From the NCBI GenBank assembly GCA_965235115.1, contig OZ249445.1:15190001-15254000 (forward strand): a DNA stretch of 64,000 bases, given 5' to 3'. This document shows, piece by piece, positions 26,301-38,300 of this stretch; position 1 is the stretch's first letter; every line of letters begins with the position of its first letter. A model generated the notes under the pieces. That model had not been told where the DNA came from, made no database searches, and saw nothing but the letters and a program-made list of their open reading frames with translations. The position numbers were made by a program, and so were the translations under genes. Origin of the DNA: Laetmonice hystrix (lineage: Eukaryota).

Positions 26301-29300
26301 ACTGACGCTACAGATATCTTCTTGTTTACCGGAGTTTAGTCACTTATTTCAGTTATGACATGTCATGGCTTTCATGTGTTTTGTAATTTTCGATCAGTTT
26401 ATAAAATGTCGACTTTATTTTTTGCACATTTAATTTGGTTTTTGAATTTGTTTTTGTTATCGCATGTAAAACACTTTATTAACAGGTTCTGAACCTTACA
26501 AATCCGTTCATAGAAATGAAATTGTATGCTGACGATGGGCTGTTTACACTTAGTGGTATGACATTGATGTACATGTATTATGTCTGAATAATCAGACCAA
26601 AAACAAAAAACTCATACTGTTTTCCCTTACTTCTAGGCTCTCGCCAGCATGAGTATGAGTCCTCAACCAATCAAAAACTTGGACACTTTCACCCAGAATC
26701 CCGAGCTATGGAAGCGGAGAGAAAGTTTCTCATCAACCACAGGTTTCAACCCTCTCATATACGGCAATGATGTTGACTCGGTGGATGTGGCCACAAGAGT
26801 TGCCATGGTAAGCAAGTCCAGTCAGTCTTAAGTGCTGAACCCACCAAGGTGATTCCCCTTGCGACGCCCATGCGATTTTGACATCACCCTTTTATTTTAC
26901 TGTAATTTTGAGATTAAAGGATGGAACCCATTTCCTGAAAGAGCCAGGAAAAATTTCAGAGTGAAATTCCACCATTAAATCAAAAATCGCATGGCCGTCG
27001 CAAGGGGAATCGCTTTGGTGGGTTCAGCACTTCAGCTTCAGCAGATACATTTGTTAAGAAGGCTCGGTCATACTGGCAACCTGTTTATTTATGGCTGAAA
27101 CAGTTTAAATCTGGGCTTGCAAAATGAGCTTCAAATAATAGAAGTCCAGATTGAAGTTTAATAAAGGTAGGAGAAATGACTGATTGCCTAAACTTTTCTG
27201 TTACTATCAGGTACGGTTCTTCAACTCGCCCAACATTCTGGGACACTTCACGGAGCACACCCGGACACTGCGGCTCTACCCTCGACCTGTTGTCGCCTTC
27301 CAACTCAACAGTTTCATGAAGTCCAGGCCCACACGTACTCACTTCACCACTAAACTGGCACGCACCCAGGTAAGTGGCAGACTGGCAGGTGGGCGGGCGG
27401 GTGCCTACAAAATACAATTACTGGTTACTTGAGTTGAGGTGGGCAGCAGGGTTTTACCTTCTGGGACCATTGTGAGAGACATTAAGACCCCAAGGTCCAC
27501 GACATGATGATGGAAAGTGCATTTTGTCATAATGTCTACTCTCCGTGTTATTTGTGTCACAAAACCTTTTAGCGGAGCTGAGATTTGGTGATTGGGTTTG
27601 GGAGTGTTTCTTTGTGACGGCAGGGACTGTGTCACCAGACGTGACCCCTGAACATGTCCACTGAGGTCAAGGTTACGACCTTGTCTGCCAACAATCACTG
27701 TGCCCCTGCTACAGCAGCAGGAAATGACATTTCTTCCTAATGTCATTGACAAAGCTGTATTTGCAATGATCGGAAGGGTATCTGAGGGGAATTTGTTTGT
27801 ATTTGTACCATCCTATGTTTGTATATTATCCTGGTGAGTTGGATAACCTAGCTGTTGCTAGGCAACATATGAAGAACCTCTCAAATGGCAGGATTCTTCA
27901 AGCGGCTTCCATGGTGAATCAGTAAAGAGCTTGAGTAGGCCCCATTCACCTGGTAGTCGACACCAACGTTAAAGAATCTATTTGTGATGCAGGAATCCTG
28001 ATGTAGGTGGTGCGGCAGTGTTGGGGGTTGATAGGATCCAGTCATACCATGAGGTGATAATCCGGTTACTAGGGAGGAAGGCTATTGTTGAGAGGTTGGA
28101 CCCCACCACGGGTGATACATCAGAGATCAGTTGGAGGCCAGATGTCACAGCCTAGGCACACAGTGGGGTACTGGTCGGACTCTCATCATCACCATATTGG
28201 TGCTTAGGATACAAATGATACGAGTGACACAAGATCATTCCAATCTGATGGATATATTACTTTTTACTTGGAAAATTTAAAAGAAAATCTGCGCCATAAC
28301 TAGTACTTCATGTTTACTTTATTAGTCTTAATGAAGCAAGGTGAAATGTCAAATCTGCTGCAGATGCATGTATTGTTGCCCAGAAAGACCAAATATTGTC
28401 ATGTTCTTCCCACTTTTTGAACGTTTTCAATACCTTATGTAACTTATTTCTCTGAATCACTTGGCTAGAAGGAGCTTCCAGATTGATGAGATGTAAAAGG
28501 TTAAGATTTGTTATATTGTGGTGTTACAGGCAGTGGAGTACTTCGCCGAGTGGTCGCTGTCACCAACAAACGTTGTGTTCCTGCGGGTACAGACCGGCGT
28601 GTACGACCCACTACTGATCGGAGACAAAGCCAAGTGGTTCTGTCAGGGACTTCAAAAGATTGACTTCCTGATCTATGACGAAGGATCGTCAACCCTGGGG
28701 GCGGCTGTATGTGCCAGTCTGAGTGAAGGAAACAGTGACGACATACCAACAGGTGGGCAGATGTGGTCCCAGCCATGTTTGTTTGTTTGTTGTGTCTGCA
28801 TTGTGTTACTGTCGGACTGTAGAACTGGTCATGTTTCCACTGACGTTTAAAAAAGAAGGCATACAAAATATGTAGCCTTGAGACGGGAGATAGTCTAGAG
28901 TAAGATTCTACCTTGTGGCCCTCGCGAGACGCGAGAGCATGTGAGATACGCGCCGAACCGTATCTAACATGCTCTCCACGTCTCGCGAAGGACCAACGGT
29001 AGAATTAACATCAAACTTCACTTGGTAAGTTCGTTTAATTTAAAATGATATTTGATCGTTTTTATTGTTTTCAGATGAGAGTGGGAGTGATAGTGACGGG
29101 GCAGAAAGTACCAGTTCTTCGTATTCATCATTGAGTGACTTTGTGAATGACATTGTCAACAGCGACATTAACGGTGAAACACCAGGTACAGTAATTATCA
29201 TTATATTATCAAGTATGTACCGGTATTCAGTTTGGTTTGTACCAAAGTTTATCTTTTTCTATTTGTATTATCGTTAGCATCATCCTCTCATTTGGAATTT

Positions 29301-32300
29301 GACTTATTAATCTGGAAATAATGAAAATGTATTATACAAGTGGTCAGAACGATGTTGAGTGAGCAGTGAGAGTTTGAGCATGAGAGACTTGAGGAAGCAT
29401 GGCATGTCCAACCTCAGTCAAATCCGAAAGGCTGCATCAAATTATAGCCAAACGTAGCGGGTACTGACAGGCACCCAGCGAGCCTCAAGTGGTTTATTGA
29501 TATGTCATGCCCAACATGAGATACGAAGCAGTTCTGCTAAGTGGCTTTTCACTTTCTTGGCAGCAAATTCTGCACTTGCCAGCAGGGGTTAGGGAGAAAA
29601 TGATGGTAATGTCATCTTCAGGGAGTTGGGCCTGATAGAGAGCACCTGCCCGAGGTCCCCGGGGGTTGGGATGTAGATGATGGTATACAGGAGGCTAATG
29701 GAATGGTTGTGACGTGACTTCAACTACAGACTGGCTGTGGTAGATACTGCCTCATTTACCGGGATTGAGTTAGATTGAGAGACCATCCCACATGAATGGG
29801 GATATTTTATAAATTCAATTCAAACTCAATTCTGTACTCAAAACAGTAAGAAAAGAAAAGAAGGAGACTACCGTAAGTTCAAAGGTCACTGATGTATTTA
29901 TAAATTGGTCAGAAGAACTTACTGAATCTGTATTGTAACTGTCGCTACAGACTACAAGTATGTGTGCGTGTGTGTGTGTTTCAGAGGTGTATTGTGAAGA
30001 CCACATGTTGACGGTAGATGAGTCGTGCGTCTACTCGCCACCATCTAAACTTCAAGTACCTGACGCTGCCGCCTCCACCTTAGACTCGACCATGTCGGCG
30101 CCCGATGACAGTGACGACAATGATGACGATGACGACGACAGTTCATCAGCTTCCTCAAGTCCAACTTATGCAAATGAGCCTCCTAGGCCCCCACCTGGAA
30201 AGGTAAGCCAGACTGCCTAAATTACCCATGTCTTGAAGAAAAAGATATTGCAGTAGGAGTCAAAAGAATTTTTGCTGTGCATACATTAAATTGTTTGATC
30301 TGAAAGAATAATGGAGAGCGATGATGTCGAATCAACAATACACATTCTGAAGCAAGCAAATGTGCCTTGCATTCAAAAATCTAAATATAGTCATTCAGAA
30401 TTGAGGTAGTATTTGTATTTATAATATTTTTTATTTTTTCGAATCAGGCTGAAGGTGACCATTTCCGCTACGACCCCCCTAATGTACAGAAACCAGAAGC
30501 ACGGTATGAGCCAGGAGTTGGCAGCACGACATCTCCACGATCAGATGGACCGTTTAGGTACGACTCTGGAAACGTTACACCAACCTCCAAGGCTGAGGGA
30601 GTGTTCAGGTATGATGGAAGTGGACCGCCCAACCCCCAACAGAGGCCAGAAGTTACCAAGAGGTGGGTGCCCCTACATAGGAAAATCATAGGATATTGAT
30701 GCTCGATAGTGAAATATTCCGAGTATATTATAGATTGCCCCCCGTCATTGGTTCCTTGTAAGACAGGAGCATGAAAATTAGATATTAATGGAAGGTCTGA
30801 CATGTTGAAACAAGTTGACGATTACAGTGTTTGTATGATTTAATTTCAGGGATACCCCTCCACCCCGCCCGGAGCCCCCAGCACGTCCCCCACCTCCCAC
30901 CCACACTGCTTCCATACGGAGTGTTGACTCGGCGTTTGAGTCCATGCCACGGACCTCCTCGGTTGACTCAACAAGGGTGGCGACTCCGCCCCTGCAGCGC
31001 CGAGGGCCACCGGACCTAACCAGGACTGGTTCCCTCAATGTACAGCCCCCAACCCCACCGATAGGTCCGCAAGGTCCGAGGTTACAGAGGCCCGGAGAGG
31101 GCAGTCTTGGACCACCCAAGTCACCACGACCACCCCGCAGTCCGGGAATACCAGGACTACCTGGAGTTGGTATCAGCAAGGTTAGTGTCATCTACACATC
31201 TCCTTTACCTGGTATGGACAATCTCCTTTACCTGGTATGGACAATCTCCTTTACCTGGTATGGACAATCTCCTTTACCTGGTATGGACAATCTCCTTTAC
31301 CTGGTATGGACAATCTCCTTTACCTGGTATGGACAATCTCCTTTACCTGGTATGGACAATCTCCTTTACCTGGTATGAACAATTCTCAAAACCTTGGATA
31401 ACAATTATGGTTTAAATTGCCTTTTAAAAGCGAAATAAAGATTATTGTTATGTTTGAGCCGTGCCTGCTGAGTGCTGTCCGATTCTTTCACTGGCCGTGA
31501 CAACATGTTTCAGAGCGGAGACAGTGATGGAGAAAAGAGCCCGTCGATCATGAAGGCAATCAGCAGTGAACTCAACGACTACGCGCAGACAGCGAGTAAC
31601 ACCATCTCGGAACTGTTCGGTAGGTAGTCACATTCAGTGCAGTCTCATCCTGCTGGTATTGACGTTCGTCAGTGTGATTGATGTCTGTCAGTCTGATCGA
31701 TTGATCCATTATAAACTGCTGCTCACCCTTTTATAACAGTCGAACGATGCATCTTGGTTTATTTCCTGGTAGTTATATCAATGAGGTAAACCCACTGTGA
31801 TTTCTAAGCTCATTTGCTTGCTAGTTCAACTTTTATTTTTGCCATACATTTGTAAAAGGTTTCTCTTGGTAGTGCATGTGACAGTCTCATCCCCTAAAAC
31901 CAAAATAACCTGAATCATCTGGTGTTTTGTGTTGATTCCTCTAACCTGTAGTGGCAATTCATTCGATTATTCTAGAAGTAGTGTGGCTAACTAGTTTATT
32001 TTTTAGGCTGTATTTTTGTCACACTTGGTAATTCCTGTCATTGCTATGCTATTGCTATGTTTTCATGTACCATTAATAGTTGATTGCTTGAACCTGTAGT
32101 CTCTTCACCATTAGTAAATTTCTCTGAGTTTCTTGAGTTGATTTGTTGGAAGATCTGAGCCTTGGCTGTACCCGTGTTTATAGTTTTTGTTAGTGTTAGT
32201 GGTCGTTGACCTGAGCCTCTTGAGTAATTGAGTAAAATGAGGCACTCGTTACTTACAGAGGGGAAAGAAAGTGAAACGGATGAGGAGAGTACAACGGGTA

Positions 32301-35300
32301 AGAAAGCATGCCAACAAGCCCAAATCTTTATTAACCCCCACCCCTTACCCCAAACTCGCCATCCCCATCCCAGTGACGTTGTCAAGGTGACGACTGGCTT
32401 TATACCCGGTAACCCCTCTGTGTTACCATAGCAACTGCTCGCATGGGATTCCATCAGTGGAGGATTTCAGAGTTACGTTTTTGTCAGAGTTGAGAAAGAT
32501 CCGTGAGAGCTGAGTCGAGAAGGACAAAAGTTTTTTAAGGAACTAGGGAAGGACTAGCGTGTGAAATGTTCAACAAAACTTGGGAAGACTTTTGTGTGAG
32601 GAAAAGTTCCCCCTGCACAAGACGTGTTTCATTAAATCATTATCCCACAAAATTTATTTGCTCGTCTGTCATGTCTAATGTAGCGGTAATATAGCATTCT
32701 TTCACTCCATAATTGTATACAATAACACTACCAATCGTTAGCTGGAGTATGGAGTTTGTCTGACCCAGCAAACTTTGACATGGCTACATTCAGTTAAAAC
32801 ATGGTCCCCTGATCCCTGTTTTACAGCTCTTAAAACCTTCAGTAGGCCTTCAATAAGAAATGTTACTCTACTTTCTACGGTCACAAATATTCCAGGCACT
32901 TGTTAAGTGGTGACTGGGAAATTTTGTACACAGATCACAGGGAATGGAAAATGGTTTTATTTATTTTCACGATTTTAGCAAAGGAAGAAACGCTACATCA
33001 TCAAATGATGTTATTTTCTTAACTTATGTTATCTGATTGTCGGAGTGTGGGGCCATTTTATCGTGGCATGTACTTTTCCACAATTTTGAAATAAGTTGTA
33101 AGGTGCAAGACCACCTACTTACGAAACAAAATTTGGTCAATAATTTTTTTCTGTAAGGAAACAGATTTTGAAGTGGGTATTCATCAGTAGGGGCGGCCTT
33201 AGTTACAGATGAATAAAATCCTTGTGTACCAAGACAAACGACCATACTTTTAGACGGACAGTGCCGCATATTCTGTTGGCAAGCTCAAAGCTCACTTCTC
33301 CCTTTGACACAAACTATGATGGCTATCTCCTTACACAGGTCTCTCCACACCAGGGGCAGCAGTTTCAGGTTGTCGTGCCTTTTCAGTAACTTTGATTTCT
33401 TGATTACTTTGCAGGAATTGCAGCGAGCGGCAGTGTTGGTAAATATGGCCAAATGTCCCACTGCTGTGTTGGCTGTCTAATGTAGACACTGTCTTCATGT
33501 GGACTTAGGGACTTGTCAGCTGCCAGAAGTGTTACGTCTTGGCATTGAGTGGCTGAGCACTTTAACTCAATTTTCTTATTTTCCTCTTTACGTTTGGTAA
33601 CATGCTTCACCGCACAATTTCAGACGAAATTGACAGCTTTGGACGAGCCAAATGATTTGAAAACAAGTTAAATGGAATAAGTTAAATAATAAGATTTCGC
33701 TCCCAGTCATTTTATATTATAAGGCCAAGGATGCTGTGATGAGGATATCTCAGAAATCTCACTAAAATAAAGATACCAAGTTTTCAAAGAAAAGATTATT
33801 TTTTCTACGCAGAAATATTTCTCCTATCATGACAACATGATATGCTCTTTGGTCGAAAGCTGTTAATGTCTGAATGAATGGAGATTGTAATGCAAAAGCA
33901 CCGGTACTAAATTTGTCACAAAACTGGGTAATTGACAAAAAGATTTTTTTTCTCTGTACATCTATCTTAGAACATGATTGCTACTTATACTATTAGGATG
34001 ATGCCGTGTCTGTTGAATGGGGCTGGCTGGGACCGATTCCCGAGTCCATCAGCACACAGACCTCCTCTGTTGGCAGATACTGACTGGGTCTCGTAGTTTG
34101 TTGCTATGGTTACGTTATACATTTTTTTGAAGCCAGAGGTTGGTTATTGTTACGTGATGCAACCACTACTAGACGTTTGTTGGGTAGTTTCCTATTGACC
34201 TAGGACCTTGAGATCATACTTTGCCTTTACCGGTACATTGAAGAAAACTTTACCATTCATACATGTAGCTGAAAATGAGACGTATTTTGATTTTAGTTCT
34301 TGTAGTATCTAAGCCAGATTCATAAATTGACTTTTTTGAAGTGCAATATGTTTGACAGCATAAAATAATAGAAAGTGAATGGAACTAAGAAAAAAAGACC
34401 AGAGTATGATTTAAAAAAAAAATAATATTTTTTAAAAATAAATAAAATAAATAAATAAAAATAAAAATATTATTTGTTGAATATTGTAAACATTGAATGA
34501 AATTGTCAAAGACTGGTTAAAATAGCGGTTGGCTTCGGGTACTCGTGAACAGACTAGACGTTGACAGGGTAGAAAGCTCAAAGTCTATTAGGATAGACAC
34601 TGTATTTTGTGCTTCAAGGTCTTGTCCTCCCATATATGCTTAGAGTGGCTTGCTGGTTGGTGTGAAGGCTGCTCAGTCAGTGTCATGACGTGTTGTAAAC
34701 TTGTAGGTCCAAGTGTCTGCCAGTCTCCCCGACATCAACCATTCCAATACTGCTCATGTCGTGGCCCGCACCCTGGTGGTGACCCTTGGCATTTTGGATC
34801 CCAGTGCTGACCCCCAAGTAGCATTGACCTTCATTGTTAACTTAACCATTGTGTATTCGACCGTACTGGAACCACCACAGCAAAGAAGAAATTTAGCTGA
34901 AAGTTGTTTAGGAGAGGCAGAAAAACGATTAAAAATATATCTTTGAGTCGATTGTTATTTTAAAACGGACCCCCCCCCCCCCCAAAAAAAAAGAAGAAAG
35001 TATTATACAACTACATTGTATATTTTCCCACACACTGATTTATGATTTATTGGGTTGAACTCAACTCATTTGTATCGAGTCATTTAAGTATTCACCTAAA
35101 TTCTTTCCCAAATTTCACACACATTGGTTATTTCTCGTACATGTGTGATCTTTCGACACATAGCAAAGATTCTGTGTATCAACTAAAGACAAGAAACAAC
35201 ACAATAAGGTGGCGCAGTGACGACTGTTGAAAGTGACCACAGAGTAGATCTTTCCCGTTGTGCTCAGTCTGAACTAACTTAGTAACTTCAGTGTTGTTTG

Positions 35301-38300
35301 AATCCATTGATTTGATTAGTCCAGCTCTCCCTCAGTGAGGTAACCATACCTAACACTTAGTGTTAATAAAAGTTTAACATAAAATGAAAGACTGAGAATA
35401 GAAGCTGGTAGAACGACAGGGAAATGGCGTGAAAGTAGAGGAAGGTTTTGAATGTGGGCTCTTTAAGTGTTGTCTTTGTGTTTGTTGCATGTGTTGGTTG
35501 ATCTGTATGTACACACATGGACGGTACCCCCTGGTCCGATTCTGTCATGGAATTGGTCCCCGGATCAGATACCTGTTTACTGTGTCACGGCATCCTTCAC
35601 GGCCGGCCTTCTGCTGTCTTCTGTTGCTGTCAGTTTTACTGCCTGTTACAAGTGTGTTGTTGCTGCTATTGTTCATTGTGAATGTTTTGCTGTTCTTTCA
35701 GGGAGTAACAAGAGCAGTAGCAGTACCAGCACCCCCACCGGCAAACCAAGCAAACCGTTCGCACCACTTGGTATGTTTATTCCTAACGACGAGAAACTTA
35801 GAGATAATGTACACGAGTTGTTACTCCTAGAGAACATAGGGAGCATAAGTCTCGCGACCGAAAACGAGGTTCGGTCTAACTAGGTCAGACCGCTGGCGAC
35901 ATGTATTTTTTCTAACATAAGAGATGTTGTTTCTGATACATAGTAAGTTTGATAACAAAGAGAAGAATAATTGTGAAGTTATCAGTTAGAACGTTTTTTC
36001 AATGGGCCTCCCAATGCTAAATGAACGGAACCGGAATTTGGCTGGCGCCAGTTTGGGCCTCCAAACCGCATTTCTCGTTGATTCACGCATTGTGACGTGA
36101 CATACTTACGCTCCCTATAGCCTTGATATCGAATGGATGGATGGATAGATAGATATGAAGATAGGCCTAGGTAGCTGTCCATTCGCATTGAGCGATTAAC
36201 ATCGTATACGCATAACATATAAAGTTTAAATCGGTCCTGTGAAAATGTCTCATATTCCTGCAGGATGCAAAAAGAGAGTTTAAAAGTTGCATCATTTCAT
36301 GCCAAGAAATGATCAAATTAGAATGTGGCTATTTAATGGACTGTTAACATCCTTGCATACTGCAGGTAACCGAAAGGCTTTGGTTGAAAAGTCTGGTCTT
36401 GTTAAACATGCGACGAACCGTAAACAGAACATCCAACGACAGTCGTCTGTGGAACAGAAAACCAGCACTCACAGGTAGAGGCCCTTTTATTAAAACACCT
36501 CCAATCTGTTTCAGCGAGATGTGACACCTGTATCATATTCCAGTTTCAACTTCATGAATTTTTTCTGTAAAACAGAACTTAAGAAATATATTTTCATGCA
36601 GAGAACCCTAGAATAACTAGTTTAAAGTCTTATTTAAATTTTTGCCCATGACTTTTTACCTTGCAGTGAAAACCAACAATTCCTCAAGGATATTATTGCG
36701 AGTGTTTTGGATGGCCAGGGGGTTGGATTCTGGAAACAGAGTCGTGTCAAAAAACTAATGGAAGACGAGAATTACCGTAACTTTGTCGTCAGCCGGCTCA
36801 ACACATCACTGGACCGCAAACTCAATGATGAGGACCAACACCTTGAAGACGTGGTAGGCAGAACAGTTCTCATATTTTCTACAGTTACATTTTGGATTTA
36901 AATTCCATGTTCATCTCTGTTGGTCTTGATGTTTCGATGCAGATTTGTGTTTACAGTATGATGCTACAGTAGTTGAGGTGAATTGTTGAATGAACTTGTC
37001 TTGCATGTTGACCAGAGAGTTTACGATAAATCCAAATATCGGATATGTTGTGTTTTTACAGTCGGTGACGAAGTCCGTGTTCAAGGGTATCGTGGTGATG
37101 GTAAAGGCTTTGATCCAGGGCCTGGAGCACACGTACAGTAACCACGGACTGGGTGGCATGTCGTCCACCTTCATGGTGCTGGAGATCATACACACTCACT
37201 ACTGGGAGAAGGAGGCCATGGGCAGCAGCAAGAGTGACACTAGCAACCAATCAATGGTCAGTACTCGCATTTAATCAGTCAATTCACATACCACTTTTAC
37301 ATAAAGTCCTTCAATTATATTCAAATCAGTGTGATTGGAAGAAAGTTCTTGTAATGACTTGTTCACTGTTATCCGTGCTTTTTAATAAACAGTTTGGATT
37401 TCTGGAAGACTAAGAAATAGAGTTAGATCTGAAGTGATGTTTTTATTGAGTTTAATTCAAAGTTTGATTTTGTCTGACAGACAAGTTCACCATTTGGCAG
37501 TCGGGAGAGCCTCTCGTCTTTGACGGCGGAAACCAGCTCTAAAGCCGAGACAAGAAGTCTACACGAAGAGATGGTTCCCACTGTAGGTGCGTATGTGTTG
37601 CCATAGCAACAGTCCTCTGACTCCACCAGTATTGGAACATGGAAGTGTCATGGCAACGTTTTATCGCTATATTTCATCACCGTCATGTTTTCATGATAGA
37701 TACACTCAGCAAGCACAGGTTTTCATGAGTAATGTTTATTTCTGTGTCATCAGTTCTTTGCCCAAAATGAATATACTAGTTTCGTTAAATTTTTTGAATT
37801 TTTTCTGCACATTTTCATCTTAGAGTATGTAATTCAAAAGTAGTATTCCTTAAAATTAGTTAGGGCAGGGTATTTTTCTACGTCACTCAAAGCCACATGT
37901 TACTTTTACTTCTGAAGTTTTTTACAAGTATGATATTCAGATCTAAAATGGCCATATTATCAAGCTTTCAGTTCTAGTCGTATTGAAAGCATAGATCTGC
38001 TGTTGTATCCAGACAGCTAGGTTCCTAGATTTCAAGACTCTCCAGTTGTTTTGAGTACGAATTAAGATTGAGGGATTGTGCCAAGCATTTACTAGTTTCA
38101 TCATGCACTGGCCCTTTGCTTGCATTTTAGGCTCCGCTGTAGTCGCCTCTTATTTTGCTTGTCACAATTTTATTCTTTTTTTGTTGGCCACTGCTTGCTG
38201 GATAACCACTCATTCACTGTCAACTGTTTGAATAGCCAGCTTCTAGGATGAGCGTCATCTTTAATAAACTCAATTGAGTAGATTAATTTTTGCTGGATTA

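Noticed and set aside
34706-34777. Possible phase-1 exon [15 protein letters not shown]...
   Set aside because: Weak acceptor and no consensus donor (gtcgtg or gtgacc only).
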